A program made the position numbers and the translations under genes. DNA of 64,000 bases from Candidatus Saccharimonadota bacterium (lineage in GTDB: Bacteria > Patescibacteriota > Saccharimonadia > Saccharimonadales > OFTM59). Positions 8,516-18,484 of the stretch are shown piece by piece. The notes beneath the pieces were generated by a model. The model had not been told where the DNA came from, did not search any database, and was given only the letters and a program-made list of their open reading frames with translations. Positions within the stretch are counted from its first letter, which is position 1; each line of letters opens with the position of its first letter. Location: NCBI GenBank assembly GCA_029260875.1, contig JAJDCL010000017.1:813-64812 (forward strand), in the 5' to 3' direction.

Positions 8516-8985
8516 TGTCTCTACCCCGAATCGAAGGACAGTGTAAGTTTTATGCGGCGGACCTAGCGATTGCTTGTTCATATTCATTGGGCGAGATGTC
8601 GCCCAATGAATGATGGATTCGGATCGGGTTATAGAACCCTTCGATGTAGTTAAATACAGCATGCTTGGCCTCAAGACGGGTTGCGTATTGCTGGCCGTAG
8701 ATCATTCCGTTTTCATAGAGCCAAAGAAGCTTTCCATTGGCGCATTATCCCAACAGTCGCCCTTCGCACTCATACTTTGTTTGAATCCCCACCCTTTGAG
8801 TTTCATACGCAAGGCGTAGCTCGCGTATTGGCTTCCACGGTCGCTGTGGAAAATTAGGCCTCTACCCGGGCAACGCCTCCGATACGCCATATTCAAGGCG
8901 TCTATGACCAGTGACTGAGTCATTCTTGGTTTCAGTGACCATCGACATTTCAAGATCATCGTTGGCTGTTTCGTCCGCATGCCAC
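8516..8985 (-). mobile_element. IS3-family fragment: 3' part of orfB plus terminal inverted repeat
   Basis: The terminus TGTCTCTACCCCGAATCGAAGGACAGTG at 8516 recurs at 14401. The coding remnant is listed separately. Confidence 0.75.
8550..8980 (-). pseudogene. IS3-family transposase OrfB, 5'-truncated and frameshifted
   Basis: [10 protein letters not shown]...[23 protein letters not shown], then a stop. A shifted frame continues [43 protein letters not shown]...AA*. Confidence 0.8.
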
Positions 8986-9270
8986 CTAATATTTTCGACC
9001 GTCCATTCGTTTCGGAACATTAGACCCTAAACGTTGATCCTGACACCTACAGGTGCACGTTCTTAGACCAATCAAGGTCGTACTGTGGAGATAGACCTCC
9101 ATTCTGCGAGAATCGTCGCAACTGTTGTCATGAAAGAGAATCTGCATCACAATGAACGTGATCCTTCGCTTCGAGCCTCATTTTCTGGAAAAGAAGATGA
9201 GAGAAAAATCCTAGAGAATCATACAATTCGAGGCCGAGAAAATAGACAAAATTGATCGAGGATAACATTT

Positions 9271-9837
9271 TTGAGCTGTGAAGAACCTCACGAACAAATC
9301 ATAACAGAGGGCGAATATTGGAAGCACCTTACGGCACTCGAGCTGGACTCGAGTGCACGATTTGACAAAAATCTGGTGACGTTATCTACAGGGGCGCTAG
9401 GTGTGTCCCTGATATTTCTCCCAAGGATTGAATCCAGTGTGATTCTGTTGTGGCTAGGAGTGTCTTGGATCCTACTGACAATTTCACTCGGATTGAGCCT
9501 TTACTCCCATCTAACAAGCCAGTGGACAGCACAGGCTTTACTTAATGAACTAACAGACCAACATGCTAATTGTCGGTGGAGTGGAGTGACAAATTGCCTG
9601 AATAAATGGGCGTTTTGGACGTTTGTTTCTGGCGTAGTAATTATGTTGGCTTCGTTCCTTATTAGTGTTGGGATGCAAAACATCAAAAGTGCTAGTGTCG
9701 AATTGAGACCAATGATCAAGGAAAACGTATCGATATTTAAGAACGATGAGGCTGTTCAAGAATCAGGAACGGAGGGAAGAGATGAGCAACCACCAAAAGG
9801 AAGGACCGACGCCTTCAAGGAAGCCACGAAAAGGTGA
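9271..9837 (+). CDS. hypothetical membrane protein (about 3 predicted TM helices)
   Basis: Hydrophobic segments LGVSLIFL, VILLWLGVSWILLTISLGLSLY and WAFWTFVSGVVIMLASFLISV, with a charged C-terminal tail. TTG start. Confidence 0.45.
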   Translation: MSCEEPHEQIITEGEYWKHLTALELDSSARFDKNLVTLSTGALGVSLIFLPRIESSVILLWLGVSWILLTISLGLSLYSHLTSQWTAQALLNELTDQHANCRWSGVTNCLNKWAFWTFVSGVVIMLASFLISVGMQNIKSASVELRPMIKENVSIFKNDEAVQESGTEGRDEQPPKGRTDAFKEATKR

Positions 9838-10039
9838 GTTTGGGGCAGAACCACCCAAATTCCCGGTTAGACCTAATAACAACAACGATAAGCAAAAACT
9901 TCCTCGCGGCTAGGACTTCTTTGGCGCGAGCGCCATTTTGAAATGTTATGTTTTACGAATAGCACAAGTTGTTTATCACTAGATACTTACGTCCGATAAT
10001 CTTTATTATGTTAACTTATGGGTTTGGCTACCACGCCAT

Positions 10040-11632
10040 TCACTCGACGGTGCCTTGACCTATCTGCGAAGCACTCGCGGCCGTCTGTCGACCGTGGCCA
10101 GTGGGATACCACACGTCGATATACTTTTGAATCGAGGATGACCACAATTTGATTATCTTCTCATGGATCGGTGTGGCCGTAGCGTCAATATGCTTGCTGT
10201 ACAAGTAACAGGCATGATCACAAGATTCCGACTCGAAAGCATCCCACCCGATTCTTTCGAGTCGACTCAGTCTTGCAAGGACGACGATTTGTCGCTGCCC
10301 AAGTACATATGTCACGATCATCTCCCATTTTGGCAGGTTTCTGACACTTGGAGTTGCGGTGATCGTGAGGTCACGCCAAGGCCCTTCTTCGGTACGTGAA
10401 AACGAAATCACACTGCTTGATTTTTGATACAACGCTTGAATAAACAAATTTCGTATCGATTGCAACCGATAAGCAAGAGTGGAGTCTCTTCTGACTTTGG
10501 CGCGCAAACGGTCGACTTCTTTGTCCGATAATCTATTTCCAGCAACATCTACGTAGAAAGACTCTCTCTTGAGCTTCAAGAAAAGTTTTGGGATGTCATT
10601 GTCCTGAAACCACTGGCAAAAGTAAGAATCACCATAAATCAAAGAAGCGGACTGGTCATCTATTGACAAGTCGTAACACGACGCAATTTCGCTTTCAAGC
10701 CGTAAAGAATCGAAGTTACTTCTTAGCACCGACAAGTAATTGTTCGCTTCATCTTGCTTAAAGTACATCTGTTCATCGTGGTGGATTCGCGATGTTATCG
10801 ACGGAGCTTCGTGTTGGTCTTCGCTTGGCAATTTTACGCCGCCTATATAGGGTATCAGTGCATTGCGCAATTCAATGGACACTGGTACGAATTCCACATT
10901 TATGTCGCTCTGGCACACCCAATGAGGAGTTTGCGAGTATTTTTGAAATTTGTCTTGAAGTGATTTTACTAAATCTGGGTACGTGAGTGAGTCCTCTACA
11001 AAGGTGGCAACACTATCTACCAGGTGATGCGTAAATAGAGAAAGTTGATTAATACCGTCCGGAGGGTAAGGGCCACTTGAACCCTGGTCCCACCGCGACG
11101 AGGAAAGGAAATACAAGGAATCAAGAGCGGGTGAAGGATCGTTTCGAAGATCTCCTCCCCTGAAATGGTCTGTACCCTTGATATAGTTTGTTCCACAGAA
11201 ACAGGAATCGATTATACGGCAATAAACCTTTGGCTGAACGACACGTATCCAATCGTCAAGTTCAGTTAAGCTGATTGATGTCGACCTTTCACGGTCATAA
11301 ACAAATTGCCGTAGTGCGAAAGCGTATTCATTGTCGACACGCGTTCCATGTCCCGATAGATAGATGACAATGTCCCCTACGTCCTGTTTTAGATACGCAT
11401 GAAGAAATCCCCGAACTTCCTTTTTCACGCTTGGCGCTGATTTCAAAGTATCTGGTACCAATATGTTTTCCTCTGAGTACTTCCCCGAATGGACCAGCAA
11501 GGTTTTCATCGCCTTCACATCGTGATTGCAGAACGGCAGATCGATCTCGTGGTCATACTTTGAGACACCAACAAGGACACCTATATTCACGTTAACTCCA
11601 ATAGTCAATTGTACTAATTTTTCACAGGACAA
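10040..11632 (-). CDS. caspase-like (peptidase C14) protease with an uncharacterised C-terminal domain of about 330 aa
   Basis: VGVSKY...HDVKAM, a catalytic His context IVIYLSGHG and a catalytic Cys context RIIDSCFCG, in the order and spacing of the caspase/metacaspase fold. Confidence 0.7.
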   Translation of the reverse strand: MSCEKLVQLTIGVNVNIGVLVGVSKYDHEIDLPFCNHDVKAMKTLLVHSGKYSEENILVPDTLKSAPSVKKEVRGFLHAYLKQDVGDIVIYLSGHGTRVDNEYAFALRQFVYDRERSTSISLTELDDWIRVVQPKVYCRIIDSCFCGTNYIKGTDHFRGGDLRNDPSPALDSLYFLSSSRWDQGSSGPYPPDGINQLSLFTHHLVDSVATFVEDSLTYPDLVKSLQDKFQKYSQTPHWVCQSDINVEFVPVSIELRNALIPYIGGVKLPSEDQHEAPSITSRIHHDEQMYFKQDEANNYLSVLRSNFDSLRLESEIASCYDLSIDDQSASLIYGDSYFCQWFQDNDIPKLFLKLKRESFYVDVAGNRLSDKEVDRLRAKVRRDSTLAYRLQSIRNLFIQALYQKSSSVISFSRTEEGPWRDLTITATPSVRNLPKWEMIVTYVLGQRQIVVLARLSRLERIGWDAFESESCDHACYLYSKHIDATATPIHEKIIKLWSSSIQKYIDVWYPTGHGRQTAASASQIGQGTVE

Positions 11633-11740
11633 GTGCTAAAACATGCGGATGTGACGCCATTATAGACTTCCCCAATCTGAAAGCTACGATGAAGCCACAA
11701 CGACAGAAATCCGGTGCCCCCCGATGATTGGGAAATCAAA

Positions 11741-12847
11741 CTAAAGTTGGTACAAGATAACTAGGAAAATGAACCCTGCAATCAGTAGAGTCGCACAACC
11801 TGATTTATTGGTCGACCTTGCAATAGATTTGCTAACTTGCAGTAATTCACGGTTCCAATTTACTTCCCAATTGTCTGGAACATCGAATACGATCGAAATC
11901 GTCTCACTACGAGCCTCCGCACCATCCTCGACGTTGGCGTTCATCCTTGCTATTTGGTCAAGTTGATCAGCTAAATCAGCAACCTTGTTAGCATGAACGC
12001 TAGTTGTATCGCGAAGCAACGCCAATAGTCTTTGATAATTATCCGATACCAACACAAATCGCACAGACTCCTCGAAGTTGATAACTTGTTCAAACCAGCG
12101 ACCGATCAGACATGTAGTATGACGAATTTCGTCAGCATCTCCCGGCTCTCCAGGCAATCCCCAGCTGTTGTTCAAGCGCGTAAAGAGTTTAGTAATTGGG
12201 GTTATCATTTCCGATAGCTGAGATAACCGACCACGGATCCACGTCAACGCATTGTCGTCTTCTATAGGTATTTGCGGCTTCACATAATATCCTCCACGTA
12301 GGTCATGTAGCCGTCTTATGAGCGGACTGTTGTAGTGACGCATTAATTCGGCCGTCAACCTATATTCCCATGCAACTGGTTTATCAATGATGATTCGTCG
12401 AATAAGCGGTGGGAACTCCATGAATTGAGATAGTTGAATGGACAATTCGTCCTTGAGGATACGATCAGTGGCATTGCCTAACTCCGACAGAACGTATACT
12501 TCATGTGACTCTCGCCAGGTAAACAGTACAAAGGCCGAGTAATGGTTTTCTGAGTCAATAAGCTTATGGCAGTTTCGACACAACCAAAGTCCATTTGTTA
12601 TGTCCGCACGAGATTGATCGGTCATATTGGGATCAAATCTCATTGCGTTGGGACGTGCCCCAAAGATATGGGCAGCCTCACCAATCAACGTTGCCTTTGT
12701 CGGTATCGAGTTGGGCCCAACGGTGGTGACTCGGCAATCAGGATTTGAACACCTAAATGCTGCCCGCTTTGCGAGAATGTCAATTGTACTTTTGTTAAAA
12801 TCAGGATACATTGCGGAAATTCTACATCGTAAATGTAAGTAGACCAA
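11741..12847 (-). CDS. HNH-like nuclease-domain protein with a C-terminal transmembrane anchor
   Basis: CSNPDC...GEAAHIFGARPN...NGLWLCRNCHKLID (Cys4 HNH pattern) at the N-terminus, a helical middle region and a terminal TM helix (ATLLIAGFIFLVILYQL). The start is possibly ATG 12811 (MYPDFNK). Confidence 0.6.
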   Translation of the reverse strand: MVYLHLRCRISAMYPDFNKSTIDILAKRAAFRCSNPDCRVTTVGPNSIPTKATLIGEAAHIFGARPNAMRFDPNMTDQSRADITNGLWLCRNCHKLIDSENHYSAFVLFTWRESHEVYVLSELGNATDRILKDELSIQLSQFMEFPPLIRRIIIDKPVAWEYRLTAELMRHYNSPLIRRLHDLRGGYYVKPQIPIEDDNALTWIRGRLSQLSEMITPITKLFTRLNNSWGLPGEPGDADEIRHTTCLIGRWFEQVINFEESVRFVLVSDNYQRLLALLRDTTSVHANKVADLADQLDQIARMNANVEDGAEARSETISIVFDVPDNWEVNWNRELLQVSKSIARSTNKSGCATLLIAGFIFLVILYQL

Positions 12848-13171
12848 AGTTATGCCGTTGCCTTACTAGGCACGTGCTTATCGAGGAAGGTGATCGCACT
12901 TGCCAAAAGGGATTGATATCCATGGAGGGCAGCTGGTTGTTCCTCGTGGCATGTCCGACATCAATATAGCGGCGCGTCTTGATCGGTGCTTGGCTTCTTT
13001 TTGCTTCAATTCGGGTCGCAAATTTAAGTTCGATCCGATGATTTTGGTCGCCGATCCCCCTAAACTGATATTCAAGTCGGCGCTAAATAGATGGACTTTC
13101 AACTCCATGATGCATTCACGGTAACATAGCTATTCTGGACAAATGGATTGAAGGAAGCGACAGTGAGGGCA

Positions 13172-13990
13172 CTAACGAAAAAACAATGATCCCGGACGTC
13201 TGCTGATACCGTCACAAATCACGATGCCTCCAGTCCACTTTCCATTAATGTTGTATCGATACTGAAGGTTCCTGATTCTACTCGAAAACTTACTTTTAAT
13301 TTTATTGTAGTCTCGAATATGAACGCTGGAAATATGTCCTTTGCAATACGATTCGATAGCGATTGGACTGACAATTGCTGAAACCAAGAGATCCGCTATC
13401 TGTAGACCTGCATGATTGTTGCTGTGGCCAAAAACGGGCATTTCCCGCATATTATCTAAGCTGTCCCCAGCCGCTTGATATTTTTGTGTGAAAACGCTAT
13501 GGGCAACCGATGTGTTTAAATATTTATTTCGACTGTCGGCTATGATAAATCCTCGTTTAGAATAATATTTCATCATGTCTTGAAAAGCAGAGCAAATGGA
13601 TTGAACTGACGACGTGTAAATGGCTCTGCCATCGAACTTTGCAGCGATTGGCTTAACCCAAACCCTGCCAATCAATTTCATTTGATAACGTTCTGCAAGA
13701 CGTACAATACAATCTAAAAACCAAATTGCCGCACGGCGTCGCGAACTGGATCCAACAGCGATATCCTTACGTAGATCGGATCCCTTTATTTCCCAATCAA
13801 TTAAATCTAAATACCGATACGGACGGCCATGCCGTCGGTACTTCTTTTTTAGGTCCAACACAGCGAAAGTGACTTTACGGAGATCTCTTTCCTGCATCAC
13901 CAATCCCAGTATTGAAAATACAGGCTCTACATTTGAGATTGCCGAAGGCAACTCTCCGGGGCAGCCAGCTTCATCAAGGTACAGGATCAT
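13172..13990 (-). CDS. DUF3800-family protein
   Basis: N-terminal MILYLDEAG (the hhhDExG motif) and a distal LQIADLLVSAI, both typical of DUF3800. Confidence 0.6.
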   Translation of the reverse strand: MILYLDEAGCPGELPSAISNVEPVFSILGLVMQERDLRKVTFAVLDLKKKYRRHGRPYRYLDLIDWEIKGSDLRKDIAVGSSSRRRAAIWFLDCIVRLAERYQMKLIGRVWVKPIAAKFDGRAIYTSSVQSICSAFQDMMKYYSKRGFIIADSRNKYLNTSVAHSVFTQKYQAAGDSLDNMREMPVFGHSNNHAGLQIADLLVSAIVSPIAIESYCKGHISSVHIRDYNKIKSKFSSRIRNLQYRYNINGKWTGGIVICDGISRRPGSLFFR

Positions 13991-14271
13991 GAGGTCAAGA
14001 TACAGCTATGGCCACCCAAAAGAGTGGCCATAGTACCCGCCGCCTGGCTTTCACCAGTTCGGCTCATAAGTAACAAATTACTAGTTGAAGTATATATCTT
14101 CGCGAAGACATGCGTCAAGTAATCTACTTCTTGCATGTTTATTTCTTTGTATCGATGCATCAATAAAGATACTTTGATCTTGTCAACCACGCGATTTTCC
14201 TTCTGGTAGATACTAGCACCGAGTTTCCAATATTCAACCACTAAGCATGTGACTGACTGCCTCCTCCCCAA
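13987..14271 (-). CDS. hypothetical 94-aa protein coupled to the DUF3800 gene
   Basis: ATGA stop/start overlap at 13987-13990. I recognise no motif. Confidence 0.3.
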   Translation of the reverse strand: MGRRQSVTCLVVEYWKLGASIYQKENRVVDKIKVSLLMHRYKEINMQEVDYLTHVFAKIYTSTSNLLLMSRTGESQAAGTMATLLGGHSCILTS

Positions 14272-14400
14272 TAGGCCCAGTGTCCCCTAAGCCGCGATAG
14301 CCGCCAATCCTCAGACTAAATTTGTCTCCCAGTTCAGTCTCTTATACATCTGAGCAGATAACACTAGAGTAAATGTGACTCAGCACAGAATCCATCTCTA

Positions 14401-14554
14401 TGACTCTACCCCGAATCGAAGGACAGTGTAAGTTTTAGGCGGCCACTTCAACGGTTAATCTTGTATTCATTTCCAGCACAAATATTTCATAAGGATTCAC
14501 ATGGGAGTACATCAGCGGCGTCAATGCTCTGAAGCCTTCCATTTCTATTCCAAT
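14401..14554 (-). mobile_element. second IS3-family terminal fragment (terminal IR plus a short coding tail)
   Basis: 14404-14443 matches 8519-8558 (34 bp perfect, 39/40 overall). The terminus begins TGACTCTACCCCGAATCGAAGGACAGTG. Confidence 0.6.
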
Positions 14555-14648
14555 CCAATAATCTAGATGCGTGCTTTTGCCTCCCCCATCAACATAATAG
14601 ACGCCCTGAGGTATGTCCGATCATGCTCTGCAGCGACTGTCCCGATTC

Positions 14649-14830
14649 CTATGCGTCACCTGTTTTCTTTAGTTCTGCTGAGGTCCTCATCTGAGCTACC
14701 ACCTGATTCCGTCCGTTGTCTTTCGCTTGATATAGGCTTCGATCGGCTATGTCTACCAGTTGCGACGGCGTTGTTTGCGAATCTTTCATCTCGCCGACAC
14801 CAACGCTGATCGTCACAATACCCATTACTG
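14649..14830 (-). pseudogene. C-terminal fragment of a GGDEF diguanylate cyclase
   Basis: ...TISVGVGEM...LVDIADRSLYQAKDNGRNQVV matches the end of GGDEF domains. The GGDEF motif itself and the N-terminal part are absent. Confidence 0.55.
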
Positions 14831-15289
14831 TTGATTCATGGGTCATATTCATTTGCGCCACGGTATCACAAAGGTTCAGAACGGCATACTGCCATTGGTG
14901 ATGCGCAGGCAACACGCATTCTTTATTTGAAGCTGATGACCATTTTTCGGCAAAACTTTCCTAGATTGGGTTCAAGGCCACATGATATAGAGCCAATCTC
15001 ATCCTCTGAACCTGGGAGCATCTCGAGTTTTGAAACACGTGTATAGCCGATTCGAGTTGAACCTCAGGTACCAAAATTGACGCCTACCAGAGTCATTTTG
15101 CATGGCCAGATTCTGATCGCTGTCGACCCGCCAGCACGACCGATTAGCATGGGTTCTTCATTTTCAAAACTCATGTTTAGGGGATTTGGCGAGAATGGAT
15201 TCCGATTTCGCGAACACAACATTCCAACAAACAAAACCATCCAGCGGCCAGATTAGATTGTGTATCCAAAGAACATTTTGCGTTACAGA

Positions 15290-15700
15290 TCACTTTGTGA
15301 GAGTCCTGAAAGTTCCGGGAGGTGGAACTCGTAGAGAAAACCAGTCAAATTCGAATATCGCATCTTGTTCATCCGCAACTGTCATGCCTGGCCGGACTAT
15401 GACCTCATTCCCTGGCTCCCCTGTTATTTGATTTACAACTACTACATTAAGCGTCGGGATATCATTGTTAACACAGTGTTTACCTATTAACCCGAGTTGC
15501 CGACCCAATGTATGACCCGCCCTTCGGTCATAATATCCCATTTGAATGGCTAAATCTCCATATGTCAATTTACGGGGTCCAGTTAACGAGAATCCAAACC
15601 TTCTTCCCATCACAAAGGCAACGAGAATCACCCATATCTGATGTGCTTGTTCGTAATGCCTATCGCCAGTTTTGGTTCGCTTTATTTTCGGATAATTCAT
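15290..15700 (-). CDS. hypothetical protein
   Basis: The ORF has a GAGAGGTG-like RBS upstream of ATG 15700 (MNYPKIKR). LTYGDLAIQMG...GRQLGLIG is faintly reminiscent of winged-helix DNA-binding modules, so no firm family call is made. Confidence 0.35.
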   Translation of the reverse strand: MNYPKIKRTKTGDRHYEQAHQIWVILVAFVMGRRFGFSLTGPRKLTYGDLAIQMGYYDRRAGHTLGRQLGLIGKHCVNNDIPTLNVVVVNQITGEPGNEVIVRPGMTVADEQDAIFEFDWFSLRVPPPGTFRTLTK

Positions 15701-16034
15701 TGTAAACACCTCTCTGTTTGTGCAGTTTAGCACATATTGAGCAAAATGCCCGTAATTTTGAGGCATTTTGACCATCGCGAATCCGAATATCGAATAATTT
15801 GGACCCTGGCTTGAGCCTCTGAGCGCCACAATTGCGGGTCAGTACATCGGACGACACGATCGCGGCCTGATTTCCGAAGCCTTCGTCACCAAAGGGGATC
15901 CACAACAAGGCGTGAGGTTGCGTGATTGTCTCGAGTAGGGGTCAACTCCGTGAATATAGTCTCTTCGAAGTATTGGCGGAACCAAAAACCTTGAGGGACA
16001 TCTATCAACAACTTGGTGAAAAGATTGAGCACAA

Positions 16035-16440
16035 TCAAGGAAAATGCGTTGTTTGCAGAGGCACGATAGTTTCCGGGTTGAGGATCTGGGTTTGTCGATT
16101 CGCGCTCTCAAGTGAAATGTGAGTCAGGTCCTCGTGCCAGACTACCCACCTGTTAAGGATACTACACGCCGTTAAATTTTGTGCATTGCTCAGGTCGCTT
16201 TTAACTGTTGAGAGGGTACGGCTCCCTCCGAGGCTCATCAGATAGGCAGGAATCACTCCTGCCGATGATAGGGAGTCGTTGATGAGCTTGGCTCTTGCTT
16301 CGGCTTTCAGAATATCCGTCTTATTCAGCCGTGATTTCACTTCGATCCATGCGCGGACACCTTCAAGGAAGAATCCCTTGTCATGATCTGTAAAGGACAA
16401 GAGTGGAAAGCGAGCATCATAGATCACAATGTCGTATTGG
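16035..16440 (-). pseudogene. 5'-truncated gene fused behind the truncated tnpA (possible PD-(D/E)XK-like fragment)
   Basis: The reading frame continues out of the tnpA junction. YDIVIYD...EGVRAWIEVKSRL has a D...E.K-like pattern. Weak. Confidence 0.25.
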
Positions 16441-17517
16441 CCTGCATCGACACTGATCAGCCTCAATGGCGGCGAACGGATCTGTTCCGGTCTGCTTGGC
16501 TTGTAGCAAGGCTCGCCCGATCCGTGAGTAGAGTCGCACCTTGTCGTTGATCGCTCTGCCGTCTTTGTGAAACCGTTCGACATGGCGGCGTTTCGCGCGG
16601 CTAAAGAGAGCGCTGAGCACGCGACCGTGGAGATCGATTGTCTCGTCGATCAGTGTCGCCTGTGTGTCGAGCGTGATCGCGACTAGGGTGGCGTAGCGCC
16701 GAATAGGCTCCAGGTCACGAAGGTGCTGGGCAGTCATCTGCCCTCCTTCGCGGGCAAGCTTGAGAAGTCTGTTCTGGTGGGCAGCATGTTGCAAACCATC
16801 AGGTAAGCTGATGTCACGAATTACCTCAAGGCGCGAGATATGGGCGAGGATATGCTTGGCATTCGGCGGTCCTGGAGACTGGCGCAGCCAAGCGAGACTA
16901 CTCACTTTGGAGTCATCGCGTATCGACAGCAAACTGTCCAGAGCGCGGCAGTGGTGTTCTGCCAGCGGCTCAGTCAGGGCTTCGTAGACCAGGCGAGTGC
17001 CAAGTGTCAGGGCTTCAGCACAGAGGCGGTCGATTACATCGACCCCGGGTATTATAATGTGCTGTTGACGCAGCATCTTCACCATGGCTACAGCAAGCAC
17101 GATACCGCGGTCAGTTTGCTGGGCCAGCTCGGAAAGCCGGTCCACCATGCAACGGTAATCGAACTGACTAAAGGTCGACAGATTAAGCCATGCCTGTAGC
17201 TCGATAAGATGTTCACGCCGCGTTTCCGCCCGCTGCGCGTATTGTTGCCAGATAGACACATCCACGCCCAACTGCATAGCGACCAGTGCAAGCAAGGAGG
17301 CTGGTGGTTCTGCGTCGGTCGGTAGTGAGGAGCCGGGATAGCGCAAACAGCAGAGTTGCACCGCAAACCCAAGTCGGTTGTGGCTCCCGCGTCTTTGGCG
17401 GATCGTTGACAGATCGGATTCGGTGAACGAGTAGTAGCGGATCAAATCATCGTCGGTTGTCGGAAACGCCAGTATCATTTCTCTCTCAGCAGCGTTGAGC
17501 AAACGTCGGCGGGGCAT
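16417..17517 (-). pseudogene. tnpA: Tn3-family (Tn21-like) transposase TnpA, N-terminal about 360 aa only
   Basis: MPRRRLLNAAEREMILAFPTTDDDLIRYYSFTESDLSTIRQRRGSHNRLGFAVQLCCLRYPG is the DUF4158 N-terminus of Tn3-family transposases. The DDE domain is missing. This patch is visibly more GC-rich than its surroundings. Confidence 0.85.
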
Positions 17518-17520
17518 CGA

Positions 17521-18081
17521 TCACTTGTCCATCTTGAGGTACTGGTAAACGGTCTCGCGACTAATCCCGAACTCTCGGGCAAGAACAGCCTTTTGTTCAC
17601 CAGCAGCAACACGATTGCGTAGCTCGTTTGCTCGTTCACTGGAAAGCGCCTTCTTGCGGCCACGGTACGCGCCTCTCTGCTTGGCCAACGCGATCCCTTC
17701 GCGCTGCCGCTCACGAATTAGGGCCCGCTCAAACTCAGCGAAGGCGCCCATCACAGACAGCATGAGGTTCGCCATCGGCGAGTCCTCCCCTGTGAACGTG
17801 AGACTTTCTTTGACAAACTCGATTCGTACGCCGCGCTCGGTGAGGGTCTGAACGAGACGTCGGAGGTCATCCAAGTTACGCGCCAGACGGTCCATGCTGT
17901 GCACCACCACGGTGTCGCCTTCGCGCACAAAGGTGACGAGGCGCTCAAGCTCGGGGCGCTTGCTGTCCTTGCCCGAAGCCTTGTCGGTGAAGACCTGGTT
18001 CACCGGGACATGCTCTAACTGACGCTCTGATTTCTGGTCGATGCTGCTGACCCGCACATAGCCGATGCGTTGACCCGCCAT
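17521..18081 (-). CDS. tnpR: serine recombinase, Tn21-type resolvase TnpR
   Basis: MAGQRIGYVRVSSIDQKSERQLE..., DRLARNLDDL and a C-terminal HTH (REFGISRETVYQYL). It sits immediately upstream of tnpA on the same strand. Confidence 0.9.
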   Translation of the reverse strand: MAGQRIGYVRVSSIDQKSERQLEHVPVNQVFTDKASGKDSKRPELERLVTFVREGDTVVVHSMDRLARNLDDLRRLVQTLTERGVRIEFVKESLTFTGEDSPMANLMLSVMGAFAEFERALIRERQREGIALAKQRGAYRGRKKALSSERANELRNRVAAGEQKAVLAREFGISRETVYQYLKMDK

Positions 18082-18093
18082 GCCGTACTCCAA

Positions 18094-18230
18094 TCGATCT
18101 GTCAGGAAAGACTCTAAAACCCTACATGGGTCGTGTCAATAAATTAAAATCCGAAGCCTATTCTGACGTGATTGGTGGTGATCCCTGACGCCAAGTTAGC
18201 GTATACCTCATTTAGACGCCATCCAATGGC
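18094..18230. promoter_or_regulatory. probable res / tnpR promoter region of the truncated Tn21-like element
   Basis: The call rests on position only (between the tnpR start and the terminal IR). Subsites were not resolved. Confidence 0.35.
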
Positions 18231-18268
18231 CTTAGCGTACGATATTTTCCGTTTCGTGAGCGGACCCC
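18231..18268. repeat. Tn3-family 38-bp terminal inverted repeat (outer end at 18268)
   Basis: CTTAGCGTACGATATTTTCCGTTTCGTGAGCGGACCCC is the reverse complement of the GGGG...ACGCTAAG pattern of Tn21-group IRs. Confidence 0.8.
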
Positions 18269-18484
18269 TCGAAGCTCAAAGTGATCGTCAAACGGACGTT
18301 GCGGCAATTTGGGTACCCGCCCGATATGCAGAAACTGGCGACCGAAACAGTCTTGAAGCAGGCGGAACTGATTGCGGATGAACTAACGACAGGTGCCTAA
18401 GCGGTACCCCCCGAGTTTAATTGCATACTCTAGCTTGGAGACTATCCGAGGCGAGAAAGATACACATTTGCATCGTATTTCCTA

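Noticed and set aside
8361-8518. A small ORF with a strong AAGGAG RBS (MLENLILILKLVYLVESVWQIYCRVRAKRR...), resembling a type I toxin-like single-TM peptide.
   Set aside because: Its reading frame runs into the IS3 terminus at 8516, so the native C-terminus is unknown. There is no antisense RNA evidence. Too speculative to list as a feature.
9271-11632. The two ORFs at 9271 (+) and 11632 (-) both start with the peptide MSCE, superficially like the MIIRNYLL situation.
   Set aside because: The underlying DNA differs (ttgagctgtgaagaa vs ttgtcctgtgaaaaa). There is no extended inverted repeat, so this is coincidence.
14831-15046. A plus-strand ORF containing HTAIGDAQATRILYLKL, reminiscent of the ExoIII motif (HxAxxDA) of DnaQ-like exonucleases.
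   Set aside because: It is a single short motif with no Exo I/II motifs upstream, in a region full of gene fragments. Too little to call even a pseudogene.
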